Shown here: positions 50,261 through 63,800 of the stretch, one piece after another
How the letters are laid out: each line of letters starts with the position of its first letter
How positions within the stretch are numbered: the first letter of the stretch is position 1
Assembly: GCA_951406725.2 (NCBI GenBank)
Contig: OX597836.1
Span: 26,908,001 to 26,972,000 of the forward strand
DNA: 64,000 nt
Source: Octopus vulgaris
Taxonomy: Eukaryota
Direction: 5' to 3'
Position numbers and translations under genes: made by a program
Notes under the pieces: model-generated
What the model was told of the DNA's origin: nothing
The model's database searches: none
The model's input: the letters and a program-made list of their open reading frames with translations, nothing else

Positions 50261-52398
50261 TAACATATCGAAAATAAGGACAGTTTGTCCGAATATATGA
50301 GTGTACAACAATCCGTTCTTTTATAGGCACACAGCCTGAAATTTGCGGAGAGAGGCAAGTCGATTACATCGACCCCAGCGTTCATCTAGTACTTAATTTA
50401 TCGATTCCGAAAGGATGAAAGGTAAATTCGACTTCGGCGGCATTTGGACTCAGAACGGAAAGTCAGAAGAAATGGCGCTAAGCATTTTGTCCAACGGGTT
50501 TACGATTCTGCTGCCTTACATCAGTGTATAATAACGATAATTCCTAAAGACAGCTGGAGGGTACAATGGATGATATGTTGCGACTATGACAAGCAAAATG
50601 AAGACACTAGTTCGAATACATCAGTATAAAATAATAATTATTGAAGGAGTATAGAGCGTACAATTGCTGAAATGGGGTAACGGTCACAAATAAGATGGCG
50701 ACACTAGTCTGGACATTTTCGCGTATAATAATATTAATTCTTCTCGGTTTGAATATCAACTCACAACCACAGAAGATAGATGAATTAATTCTAGTTTCAC
50801 AAGAAAATAGAATTAATTTGAGTGTAATGAATCAGTTCAAGCAGCTAATGCTAAAACTGTCTCCATATTGTGAGCGATCTGACTTACGTACGAGAGATGC
50901 AGCGAATCAGGGGAGAGAATCGCCAACCCCCAAGCTGATCCAAAGAGTAATGAAAAAGAATGGCTACCAAACATGTTTTACCAGACACCGGTGGAGGCGC
51001 AATGGCCCAGTGGTTAGGGCAGCGGACTCGCGGTCATAGGATTGCGGTTTCGATTCCCAGACCGGGCGTTGTGAGTGTTTGTTTCTGTTGTACCTGTATT
51101 TCAAAGGGCCGGCCTTGTCACTCTCTGTGTCACGCTGAATATCCCCGAGAACTACGTTAAGGGTACACGTGTTTGTGGAGTGTTCAGTCACTTACACGTT
51201 AATTTCACGAGCAGGCTGTTCCGTTGATTCGGATCAACCGGAACCCTCGTCGTCGTAATCGACGGAGTGCTTCCATTCCACCAGACACCGACTCAAATAA
51301 AAGTTAACAATTCCATCAATAACGTCTTCTTAAAACTGCTGCACTTTGGCAATTGACAGATATAGAATTGGCGCACTCCAGGCCGGCCCACGAGGAAATG
51401 TTTGTTTGATGAACGCCTGCTTCTATTACAACAACGTATGCACACCGGCCAATTGGTCTGTAATCAATGTGGACATTACACCACTCCCACCAACTATACA
51501 GATTTTACACATACACACACATTTTTTCATTCTTGTACTTGTTTCAGTCATTTGACTGCAGCCATGCTGGAGCACCAAGCTGAAGGGTTTTTTTTAGTGG
51601 AACAAATCCTTCTCAGGACTTACTTTTCAAGTCTAGGGCTTATTTTATCGGTCTCTTTTGTCGAAATACTGAGCGGTGATTGGGAGAAGGGGGCAAACAG
51701 ATACAAAGGCACACACATACGGCAGCCTTCTTCCATTTTCCATTTACTAAATCCACTCACAAGGCTTTGGTCGGCCCGAGGCTGTAGTGGAAGACACTTG
51801 CCCAAGGTGCCACGCAGTGGGACTGAGCCCAGAACCATGTGACTGGAATGCAAGGTTCTTATCACACAGCTACACCTGCGCCCATATAGTACACAAAAAT
51901 GGGCAAGCCATGTGGCCATGTTTAAAGGCGTACGTGATGTTTATCACGTAGCGTATATAACAAGCGTGGCGGATATTAAGTTACGTATGACCGTCGTTAG
52001 ACTTTTAAATATATCCGTGTGAAGACAGACGTTTAACTAAACGCCACGTCAGTGAGAAAAAACAATCGGAAAGATATCGGAACAGCGACATCAGTTACTG
52101 TATCAAACAATGAACAGGAGTATAACGAAAATTTGAGAATTATCGTGGTAAACAATTAAAGCACTTCCACCAACAATAAGAAATTAATTTTGTAAGAAGG
52201 CTAATTGGTTAATTTAACATGCCACTCTGCACATGTAATTGCCGCCTCTGTTTATATCATACATCTGCTTAAGTGGAAGCAGTGTTGAATCTCTCTCTCT
52301 CTCTCTCTTTTTTTTTTTTTTTTTTTTTGTTATCGACGTCAAAAGAATTTTATGAATATACAAGAGAACGTGGAATTAATTCTTCTTTTTCTTTTATT

Positions 52399-52816
52399 GG
52401 ATCTTTTCGGTTTGAACGGCAGTTTTTAACATAATTTCTAGGTAACTAAAAAATTTTAAACTTCGTATACTGGTAGAATGTGTTTATAAAACATCTTTTT
52501 CTCTTGGCTTTATTGAGAAAATTCTATAGTTTGTAAGATATTTGTTGTTTTTTTCTCTCCAGTTTTTGCAATTTCAACCAATCATTGACGTCTATTGAGA
52601 TGAAAACATTCTGTGCCGTATGAATATGTCCCTCGTTTAAGAAACAGATTGGGTTTATTTACATTTGTGAAGAAAAAAAGATACCCTACCCCTCACCCCT
52701 AACCCTAACCCTAAAACAGATTGAAATGCAATAGATCGATACTAGGGTCATAATTATGGGTGACAATTTCATATGACACCGCTAGAAAAAAACTGCTGTT
52801 CAAACCGAAAAGATCC
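52399..52816. mobile_element. same MITE family, copy 3
   Basis: TIRs as in copy 1; perfect 8-bp TSD cttttatt; internal CCCTAACCCTAACCCTAA. Confidence 0.9.
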
Positions 52817-53461
52817 CTTTTATTTGTTTGTTTCGTTTTGGAATATCTCGAAGCAGACACATAAATCTATAAATAACAATGCGTAAATATTGGGTTCAAA
52901 AATCCTTTTTAGATAGAAAAGGTTATAAGATTTATGGACGTGCTTCGAGATATTCCAAAAGAAAAAAAAAAGAATTAGTTCTGTTTATACCGATATTTCT
53001 TGGTAAAGGCTTTTTTTTAAAAAAAAAAGCCGTCATTTTGAAATACTTCAAAAAAGGAAACCCTTGTTGTTTATTGTTTGCTTGGGTCGTGGATCGATAA
53101 GTAGCTGTCGAGGGCTGGGGTCTATACTTCTCATTCTATCTTAGTCCACTACTTCTTTCAGCCTGTTTCACTTTCTGGAAAAAGATCGGATATGAACCGC
53201 CCTAGGATAAAGTTGCTCTGGACACTTCCTATGTCACTACGACACAGCCAGTTTCCACCGAAGACAAAGCGTATCCATCCATCCATCCATCCATCCATCC
53301 ATCCATCCATACATACATACATACATACATGCTTGCATGCATACGTACATATATACGTAGATACATACATACATACATGCAAGCATACATACATACATAC
53401 ATACATACATACATACATACATACATACACACACACATACATACATACATACATACATACA

Positions 53462-53492
<31 letters not shown>

Positions 53493-54534
53493 GCATAGAT
53501 GGGTACAGGACGTCAAAAATATGAAAACGAACAATTTTTTGCGAACAACAAAAGAAACAAATGGACAAACAAGACTGGCAACATAAAGAACAACCCCTTC
53601 ACCAGTTGTCGGCTGCTTTATCTACTCCACATTTCGAGCATTTCGACAAGATGTGTCTTTGTCAAAACAGTTGCTCCTGCAAAGCAAATTAAATAAATTT
53701 GGTATTTGCGGAGGGTCAAAGTTGATAACAAAAACAGTTCAGTGAAAACAAAGGGTAAGGGCTGCAAAGCCATAACGAGGTGAAGCGGTGAACGCTGGAG
53801 AAACAAGCTTTGACAGGGGACAGACAAGAATGCGTCCTATCCCTATAGCTGAACATATATATATATGTGTGTGTGTGTGTATTTATATGTGTCTGTGTTT
53901 GTCCCCACCATCGTCGCTTGACAACCGATGATGATGTTTTTAAGTCCCCGTATCTTAGCGGTTCAGCAAAAGAGACCGATAGAATAAGTCCTGGGGGGGG
54001 TCGATTTGTTCGGCTAAAGGCGGTGCTCCAGCAATGCCGCAGTCACATGACTGAAACAAGTAGAATAATAATATACACATGCACGTGTTATGTTACTGTT
54101 ATGGTAAAACCGCAACTGTTTCTATAAATATAAATATAAATATATATATATATATGACTCTTTAGTGTGTGTGTGTGTGTGTGTGATGCCCACACATTTT
54201 GTGCCAGCTATTTTCATTCAGATAACCTCAAATCCTGCTTTCAATACACCGATGACGAATGGTGTTTTACAAGCGGATAACCTTGTGAGTTTTTAGGATG
54301 GAATATCAGAGATATAAGAATTAAAGAGGTCATTCTTAATAAAACAATTAAAACCAGTCATCGACAAAAACAACAAAAAAAAACGAAACAAAACGAAAAC
54401 AAGCGTAGATGATGCTAATTAACTAAGTAAACACTACTAATTAGTGCAGCATGCTAAAACCGCTCGTCCCCCATTACCCACCAACTATACATGTAAATAT
54501 ATAAATAATAATAATAACGATGATGATGATGATG

Positions 54535-54593
<59 letters not shown>

Positions 54594-54594
<1 letters not shown>

Positions 54595-55443
54595 GACCCG
54601 AAAGCCGGATATAAATGCCTTTAGGAGGGATAAACAAGAGTGCCTAATAATTGACGTGGCAGGGTCAGGAGATCAATGTATCATCAGGAAAGAAAGAGAA
54701 AAGGTTGATAGATGTGGAGACCTGAGAATTGAGATTGCTAAGATGTGGCAGCTACGAGAGTCAAACATAAAGGTTATCCCTATTGTCATCGGAATATTGG
54801 GTTCAATACCACCCAAGTTGAAGAAATATCTGGAAACTTTAGAAATACCCTACAATCTAGGAGTATTGCAAAAGTCGGCATTACTTGGAACTGCACGCAT
54901 ATTACATAAAGTACTGTCTGTCTGAGGTCCTCGTTGTGACTTGACAGACAATGCAAACCCCTGGTAGACACAATATCTTCAAACTACAACCTTACCATAT
55001 TGTATACTTATTTCTTTATTACCCACAAGTGGCTAAACATAGAGGGGACAAACAAAGACAGGCATAGGTATTAAGTCGATTATATCGACCCCAGTGCGTA
55101 ACTGGTACTTAATTTATCGACCCGGAAGGATGAAAGGCAAAGTCGACCTCGGCGGAATTTGAACTCACAACGTAACGGCAGACGAAATACCTATTTCTTT
55201 ATTACCCACAAGGGGCTAAACACAGAGGGAACAAACAAGGACAGACATAGGTATTAAGTCGATTATATCGACCCCAGTGCGTAACTGGTACTTAATTTAT
55301 AGATCCCGAAAGGATGAAAGGCCTCGGCGGAATTTGAACTCACAACGTAACGGCAGACGAAATACCGCTAAGCATTTCGCCCGGCGCGCTAACGTTTCTG
55401 CCAGCTCGCCAGCTCACGATATTGTATATTGTGCGACGTCTAC
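54594..55443 (+). mobile_element. Dong/R4-clade non-LTR retrotransposon 3' fragment (restriction-like endonuclease) inserted in (TAA)n
   Basis: RKPDI...CLIIDVA...EREKVDR..DLRIEIAKMW...VIPIVIG.LG.IP..LKKYL...LQKSALLGTARILHKVL*; flanked by (TAA)n on both sides; 3' UTR interrupted by a SINE dimer. Confidence 0.8.
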
Positions 55444-56223
55444 AATAATAATAAATGCCCTGATGCAGTACCAAGCAGTGGCTCTCATGGCTTCTCATCT
55501 TAACTGATTGGAAGTGTTATCATGTACATTGTTTTGTCTTGCTATAAAAGATGGGCCACAACAAATATGTATGTTGGTGAATAAAGTCACCTTCGAGCTG
55601 TGCGGATAATAGCGGACTGACTTGGTGCTTCAAATTAAGTACCTAATTCAACTGAATCTTAATTATTTCTTACACACATGCACGCACACACACACACACA
55701 CATATTCTTTTACTTGTTTCAGTCAATTGAGTGCGACCATGATGGAGCACCGCCTTGAAGGTTTGGTTTCAGTGAAAGAAATCGACACCAGCACTTACTA
55801 TTTAAGCCTATCGGTCTCTTTTGCCGCATGGCTAAACAACGGGGATGTAAACACACCAACACCGGTTATCAACCGGTAATGGGGAACAAACAGGCGCGAA
55901 AGCATACACACACACACACACACACACACGTATTTGTATACGCGACGGGCTTCTTCCAGTTTCCGTCTACTATGTGAGACCAAACCCGGAATCAGCTGGT
56001 CAAGAAACAAGCTTCTTATCACACAGTCACGCCTGTGCATAAGTGTGACCTCGTGTGTACCGTTGGCGATTTTTTATCCTCTGTCTTCCCTTCTCTGGAT
56101 CTTTCCTTCTCCTATGTTTCTGACGAAGATCCGCTCGATTAAACCCTCCTTCTTTCCTGAGCGTCCAATAATACTCTATTTGTTCCACGTCCTCGCGTTG
56201 TGTGTGCTTTCTTGTTTGGATTA

Positions 56224-56271
<48 letters not shown>

Positions 56272-56654
56272 AAGAATAAAAAGTTATGAATGGTACAACA
56301 ATGCACTATAATACAGACAATGGGCTATATACCTGTTGTAATTTAGTCATCCGTAGTCTGATGATATTTCGGAATAGTATTCCTTCTTCAGATATTCTTA
56401 GATGGAGTCGCAGCTATAATCGGTTTTCTAATGGCTTTTCTTTTCTATTTTGTGGAAGCGTCTCAGCAGTGGTTTCACGAAGCTCCTTCCGGAATTCCTC
56501 ATGAGAAGTGTGTGAAGTCGGTCATGTCTCAATCTCGTGTGTGCTGGTACATCCGTAGCGCTGCTTCTAAGTTACGTATTATACGTGCAGCTTGCTTTTT
56601 TGCACCTTCCCCCCCTTTTTTTTTACTCTTTCCTTTTTTTTTTTTTGTTATAAA

Positions 56655-57800
56655 CTACAGATGAACATATCAAAACTCGGATAGGAAACTGTGACAACTT
56701 AAATTTGAATGGGACATTTGATGGTATGATTGGTGTGTGAGGAACGAAGACGGTCTTAGCTTTGTCACAACCAGTGAGAATATTTGCCTCAATGCAGTTC
56801 CTCATAAATTTGTGCACAATTAATCTTGTATCATTGTATAATTTTGATTGAGATAAATTAAGTAATAGCATAATAGGAGTCCCATTTTTCAGCTGAAGAC
56901 AATTAGGAGCTGTACTTGGTGGTTCTAGTGAGTTCAAAAATTCGATGGGGTAATTAACTATATCCTGATCATCAAGAACACTGTCAATTGAATTGTAAGT
57001 GAATACTTCTCCCGGAAGTTTATTCAATAGCATATTATTAATGCTATGTACAGCAACACTTTTATGAGCCAGAATAGCTCGCTCACAGATCCAATCTGTA
57101 TTGTTGTAATTATGAAGAAGATTAGGAAAGATTTCAGCCACCAGATCATCGACGGAATCAATTGAATTACATTGAGTATAAGAAACTGTTCTTCATCAAT
57201 TGGAGCTCTCCTTCATCGAGTTTCAGAAGCTGCTCTGCAAATAGTTCATCTGATCGATCCCTTGAAAACATCGATCTCATGTTGTCCCGTAATGTTCTGT
57301 CCACAACTTCAAAATCTTTTTTTGTGGGCCACGGTACATTCGTCCCAGACAATTAAATGACATCTTTGCATTAGTCTACCCATTGCAAAATTTTTAGACA
57401 TATTACACACTGGATCTTCTTCGTTAGATAAATGCAAAGGCAACTTGAATGTTGAATGGGTAGTCCGACCTCCGGGTAGTAATGTTGCTGCAATCCCAGA
57501 AGCAGCACTAGCTAAAGCTGTTTTATTTTCTTGATGAACTTTAGCCAAGAGGAGTTTAATTACAAATATTTTCCCAGTACCTCCTGGAGCATCTAAGAAA
57601 TACAGTCCTCCTATGTTATTGCTAGTACTTTTCTATGACAGCGGAATATGCATGATGTTGATCAAGTAGAAGCTTGGGAAGATTATCATTTATGTACATG
57701 GTCAGTTCGTCCATATCATAGAAAATTTCCCTCATTATTCCAGTGGACAGACTGTTAAGATCTCCGCTATTAGTTAGTGGGAGACCTAAATGTATTATAT
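56655..57800 (-). pseudogene. decayed Helitron RepHel PIF1-like helicase fragment
   Basis: YFLDAPGGTGK (Walker A), ASAASGIAATLLPGGRTTHSTFKLP, LIVWDECT, WICERAILA, YPIEFLNSLEP, QFPIR; contains stops, frameshifts and deletions. Confidence 0.9.
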
Positions 57801-57844
57801 AAGAGAAAAACATGCACTAATTGAAATAGAAAAAATGGATTTCA

Positions 57845-58130
57845 TACACGAACTTCTGTTTGTTCTTCAAGTTGCAATCCAGCGACTTTTAATGTTTGGC
57901 CCTGAGTTTTATTAATGCTCATGGCAAAAGAAAGTGGGATAGGAAACTGTAACGGGTTAAATTGGAATGGGACATTAGATGGTATAACTGGTATGCGAGG
58001 AACGAAGACGGTGTCACCTTTACCACAATCAGTGAGAATATTTACCTCAATGCAGTTCCTCATAAGTTTGAGCACAATTAGTGCTGTATCACTGCATAAT
58101 TTTTGTTGAGACAAATTAGCATAATAGCTT
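57845..58130 (-). pseudogene. additional Helitron helicase C-terminal fragment
   Basis: CIEVNILTDCGKGDTVFVPRIP...QFPIPLSFAMSINKTQGQTL. Confidence 0.85.
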
Positions 58131-58800
58131 CCCCTGAACCAAGTACTTTCATTTTTCCGGAGAAAGGAAGAGACAGAATTTCGATTTTATATATATATAA
58201 AAAACATAATAGCTTCTCCTGAGCCATTTAGTTTCATTTTGCTGGACACTAGCCTAATACTCTTGGCCTCTGTTGGGGGCACAGTAGTCCAATGCTCTTA
58301 GTCTTTGTTGCAATAAAACTAGTTCAATAGTTCACATAGAGCTTAAGGGAAATTGATTATTCCTTGAGGAATTCACCCTCGATCAATAAAATGTTAACAG
58401 ATGCTGGGTGATTCCATTGGACACTCAAAGAAGGCGGCGGGTTGGCAGAAACGTTAGCACGCCGGGCGAAATGCTTAGCGGTATTTCATCTGCCGTTACG
58501 TTCTGAGTTCAAATTCCACCGAGGTCGACTTTGCCTTTCATCCTTTCGGGGTCGATAAATTAAGTACCAGTTACGCACTGGGGTCCATGTAATCGACTTA
58601 ATCCGTTTGTCTGTCCTTGTTTGTCCCCTCTGTGTTTAGCCCCTAGTGGGTAGTAAAGAAATAGTTTGGGCCTCGAACCAGGCCTTTCGCTATACCCTTA
58701 AAGCCAGGAACTTTTCAGCACGCTATTTCTGTGGAAGTTTCCATTTGATGTAAAAGTCACGGGAAATTAAATATCTTAGGAGCGGAATTCTTTTACAGAG

Positions 58801-58875
<75 letters not shown>

Positions 58876-59626
58876 AACTATTCTAAATGTTGATATCAAT
58901 ACTGGTGCTGCAAAAATATTGTGGGAGATAGTTATGTAAAAGAAAGCTCCGCCTGTCATGTTTTTTTTAAAGCCTGGTAAAATATTCTTCTGTTACGAGA
59001 CTTTTGTATAATGCATTTTTATGAATACCTAGGTTTTTGTAGCACTCGTATGGAACACAAGGCATCACAAAAATCACTGAAGTAAAGACATGGATTTTGA
59101 AGCAGTTTTTGTCATGCAATTAATTATTAAATATGGACATTTTTTTTTTATCAGCTTCCAATCTTAAATGAGTTAAAACATGACAAAAACGAACTGATTC
59201 TCCGCATTGTAAATATTTTCAATGTAGATCTTCAGATCGTCTGTTGCAGTATAATGGCTGGAATCTGTGATGGAGTAATAAAATGTAAAGTCACATCATT
59301 GAATCTTGTTACCGTAGGCAGCCACGTAAGCCCTATGCTATTGAAAAAGAAGTGACATTGGATTTAGTGCCAAAATAAACGGAAGAACAACGCCCTCCTG
59401 AGATATTCGTTTTGAAAGATTTATGACGCCGGAATGAACCGTTCTGATTTCATTTATAAGCGTGAAGATGGTTAACCAGATATTTAGGAACCTTCTAGAG
59501 CAGCAGGTAATTTTGGCAAGGGTGTATGAATCTAATAACTGCAAGTGTGAAACAGAAACAACCATTTTGTAATTAAGGCACATTGTCACAAAGTTAATCC
59601 AGGCAATTCCACTTATTTATCAAAAA

Positions 59627-59924
59627 CTAGCAGTATCGCCCGGCGTTGCTCGGATTTGTAAGGGAAATAACTATATAAGCAGTTTTAGAGAGTTACTTCC
59701 CTTATATAATAGCAAAAAATGCATTAAAAATGGGAAAAAATGATGGTAAATTTTTTTTAAAATCGTAGACTCATCGTAGACGCGTGCTAATACCCAGAAG
59801 GGCTCGATATGAATCACGACTATAAGATACCCGCTTTTGGTTACACTGCACCGAAAAATGTGGGAGTAGTTAGGAATCTAAATCGTAGGAGACAGACACA
59901 CAACTTCACTTTTATATATAAAGA
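59627..59924 (-). mobile_element. complete non-autonomous Helitron, 298 bp
   Basis: On the - strand: A|TCTTTATATAT 5' end, subterminal GC-rich hairpin ccgagcaacgccggg, CTAG|T 3' end; inserted at an A^T site without TSD. Confidence 0.85.
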
Positions 59925-59989
59925 TTAACAAGAGGAAAAGAAAGAAAAAACCTTAAAAAGTATAAAAGATCAAATTATCAAGAAAAATC

Positions 59990-60690
59990 TCACAACTCCC
60001 TCACCAAATGAACAAAGAAAAAAAAGGGGGTGGCGGATTAAGCAGCAGAAGATGCGGGGTGGAATTACAGGTTCTACACCCGAGAACAAATGGCGTGTTT
60101 AGCCGTGCCTCGCAGACATGATTGCAAAGGCACTTGCTTCAGCAACCGCTCCACTTTGTGGGGTTCATTTCTCAGATGGGCCGCAGTGAGCGGCACTTGC
60201 TTCAACAACCGCTCCACTTTGCGGGGATCATTTCTCAGATGGGCCGCAGTGAGCGGCACTTGCTTCAGTAACCGCTCCACTTTGCGGGGCTCATTTCTCA
60301 GATGGGCCGCAGTGAGCGGCACTTGCTTCAGCAACCGCTCCACTTTGCGGGGTTCATTTCTCAGATGGGCCGCAGTGAGCGGCACTTGCTTCAGCAACCG
60401 CTCCACTTTGTGGGGTTCATTTCTCAGATGGGCCGCAGTGAGCGGCACTTGCTTCAGCAACCGCTCCACTTTGCGGGGCTCATTTCTCAGATGGTCCGCA
60501 GTGATCTCGACTTTGCTGAGAAAATCAGTAGTCCGGGGCGTTCAAGAACACCCGAGGTCTCGATGGCGACTGGCACAAACTGACAGCGGCCGATTTCGCG
60601 CTCACTTCCAGCACGTTTTCGAGCTCACCTTCTTGCTACCCGCTTGCTCACCAGTTCCGACTTTTATGAGACCCGCAATGGAGCTGAGGA
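59990..60690 (-). mobile_element. decayed CRE-like non-LTR retrotransposon C-terminus (REL endonuclease tail)
   Basis: The - strand reads QFVPVAIETSGVL (FxPxAxETxG motif), then ...RNEPRKVERLLKQV...LRGTAKHAI, resembling GEPR...L.QR.S.A..RGNA; GC-rich island. Confidence 0.55.
60129..60504. repeat. 63-bp GC-rich tandem repeat, about 6 near-identical copies
   Basis: Unit ggcacttgcttcagcaaccgctccactttgcggggttcatttctcagatgggccgcagtgagc starts at 60129, 60192, 60255, 60318, 60381 and 60444. Confidence 0.97.
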
Positions 60691-61174
60691 AATATAAACC
60701 GTGTCACGTTTATGCATAATGTTTAAGTAAGCAAAAAGCCTTCAGTTTGTTTGCCAAGTCAGTGTTTTCTTTCGTTCATGGCTACAAGTATGTTTGTTTG
60801 TGTGTGCGGTGGCCAGTGTAGTATACGTGAATATAAATATATTATTCCGTTTGTGCGTTGATGAATCAATGTACAAGAAGGGTCGTATGTTACGTAGAAC
60901 TTTTAAGATTAAGATAAATACATTGACAAAGAAGCAAGAACATGGATTCATGACCGAAATTTCTTTGCTATTTCAAATGCGATCATCAATATTTATACAA
61001 GGTGGGCCGTTTGTGATAAAATTGTTTAAAAGATTCAGCAACCCTCTTCTTTCCTTTTTCCTTTCTTGAAAATAGAAAAGCTCCTTTGAATCTGCTCGGC
61101 ACATCCCACCCCGTACTGGTTTATATGCTTCAAGTGCGTATATTTCTACGCATTTGTGTTTACGTACATTTCAG

Positions 61175-61315
<141 letters not shown>

Positions 61316-61941
61316 GATGACAACAACAACAACAACAACAACAGTAATGATGTTTTTATTACCGTCAAGTGCAGAAAGTGTATTAACGAAATTCAAAGAC
61401 CATTGGACAAAAGGCTTACAGAAATATGTGAGATAAGTTATACAAAGACGATGTGGTAGAGTTTAAAGACGTTACGCACGCACAAGCACCCACACACAGA
61501 CACACACAAGCACCCACACACAGGATGAATTTATAAAAAACACACAAATGTTTACATTTAATATATGATATATACGTGTATAATAAAACAAGCAACTGCT
61601 GTTATGTAAGAAAATATTTACCTTTTTTTTTCGTACTCTTGGGTGCTAAGTGCTATTTTCTGAGAACATACGACAAATCTATTGGAAAGCGGTTATTATC
61701 CATTTTAAACTTTGCTTTTGTGACTTCAGTAATGAGATTTTGAAGTTCACCTATTTTTCCACAACATTTTCGATAAATTCGGTAACGAGTAGCTGAGAGA
61801 GGATTTCCTCGAAGTTTACCAGAATTTCTAAGAACTTTCCATTGTTACAAACAGTACCACAAATACAGGGACCCGAAGCTCGTCAGTTCTGTTTAGTTCT
61901 CGCTACCTAAAGTGGATAGCTCTGCTACCGTTTATCAGAGA

Positions 61942-63800
61942 CTAGCAGAGATACCCGGCGTTGCTCGGTTACATTCAATAGTAGAATTATACTTTTCTGT
62001 TATATATATATATATGGATACACACACACACACACACAAATATATGTATATTAATATAAATACACGAAAGTACATGAAGTTTGTTAAAAAAAGGGGATCA
62101 TGTATATACCTCCTGGCTGTTGAGATTATAACACCTCGTTGTAAACAATGTTCCTTGTTTTTCCTTGTGGAGCATATACAAAAAGGTTTCTTTTGGTTCC
62201 TACTCTTGAGCAGCCAACATACAGTTGCCTATGCGAGAAGCAGGGCTCTTCCAAGAGAAGACCAGCTACAGAGAGGGTTTGACCCTGAGATTTGTTAATA
62301 GACATGGCAAAGCTGACACGAAGGGGGAATTGCAGTCTTCTTAATGTAAATGGAATTTCTGCTCCTGATGGAGTAAGAGGAAATCTTGGAATAAAGACGT
62401 CATCACCTTTTCCACATCCAGAAAGAATGATCGCCTCGATAACGTGTAATATCATTTTCTTTATCACCAGTCGTGTTCCATTGCAAAGTCTTGGTGGTTC
62501 CAGATTGCGGAGTAGCATTACAGGAGTTCCAACTTTAAGTGGTAATATGTGTGGAGGTAGTCGAGGAGGGCTCCAGTGAATTGAGAAATTCAGGAGGATA
62601 GTTCACAACTTCATTTATATCTGGAATTGTATCAACAGACTTGTAAGTGTGTATAGTGCCGGGAAGAGAATGCATTAGCTGTTGATTAATTTTGTTAACA
62701 ACGACGTTTTTGGAGCTAATATTGCTCTTTCACACAGCCAATTGTGATTTTGGTAGTTTTGTGTGAAGTTAGGAAAGACTTTGTTTTTGAGGTCATCTAC
62801 AGAATTAACAACAGGGGAAAATGACCACACTTCCATTTGTCCTGCAGCATCGAGAGGCATCTTGCCTTCACCAAGTGTCAAAATATCCTGTGCAAACTTT
62901 GTGGACATTTTGTCGCCGTGTAGCTGAGCTCTCATGTTAGTGGTGAGACTAAAGATTGTAACATGATGCCACAGGGTAGAGGACTTTAGGCATGCTTGAA
63001 CTTCATCAGCTCTAGTGCCTTTCGGAATGACAGGAAGAGTTTGCCTGAAATCACCTGACAACAGAAGCGCTACACCTCCCATTGGAGCCTGACAGTCTCG
63101 GATGTCATTCAGGGCTCTATCTAATGCTTCCAAAGCTCCCTTGTGAGCCATAGTGCACTCATCCCAGACAATTACATAACACATTTTAAGTACTTGTCCC
63201 TGATCTGAGCTTTTGTTGATGTTGCATGAAGGCATTTCGGATGCTGCTACATTGAGAGGGAGTTTAAAAGTTGAGTGTGCTGTCCTGCCACCGGGTAACA
63301 AAGTAGCTGCAATGCCAGAGGAGGCTACAGCTACTGCAATGTCCTGATGCTACCTAACTTCTGCAAGGAGAAGCTTTGTAATAAATGTTTTTCCTGTCCC
63401 TCCAGGAGCATCGAGGAAGAAGATTCGTCCCTCGCGTTGGCGTACGCTGTTAAGAATAGTTTTGTAGGCCTGCAGCTGGTCCGGAAGTAATTTAGGCTCA
63501 TTTTCAACAATGTACTTTGAAAGCGCTTGAGTGTCGTAGGTTGTTTCACGAATGACAGCAGTGGGAAGGCTATATGACCCTGACCTGAATGCTTGTGGCA
63601 GGCCATACGTCGACAATTCATTTCCACCCAGTTTAGCAATTCTGTCTTCAACGTCAATGAGTGTTTTGTTATAGATTTCATTGCTGATACCCTCCATGTC
63701 AAGATAGAGCAGTTGAGCTTGGCGCTGAAGGGGACAATGTTTTTGAGATTCCGGTTCGAATGTAAGGCAGGTTTGAAAGTGTTCCCAACAGTTATTAGTT
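61942..63800 (-). mobile_element. Helitron 3' portion with a nearly complete PIF1 helicase domain (pseudogenised) and an intact 3' terminus
   Basis: FFLDAPGGTGKT, an in-frame TAG at 63350-63352, ASSGIAATLLPGGRTAHSTFKLP, WDECTM, GDFRQTLPV, LCNGTRL, FAMSINKSQGQT, LYVGCSRV, stop at 62126; frameshifts near 62700 and 62560; hairpin and CTAG at 61942-61968. Confidence 0.92.

Noticed and set aside
52696-52713. Interstitial telomere or chromosome-fusion scar
   Set aside because: There are only three CCCTAA units and they lie inside a TSD-bounded MITE.
60129-60504. Regular repeats resembling a CRISPR array
   Set aside because: The units abut with no unique spacers, there are no cas genes, and the context is eukaryotic; this is a tandem repeat.
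62126-63800. Cellular PIF1 helicase gene
   Set aside because: It is intronless, has a nonsense codon and frameshifts, and is followed by a Helitron hairpin and CTAG terminus.
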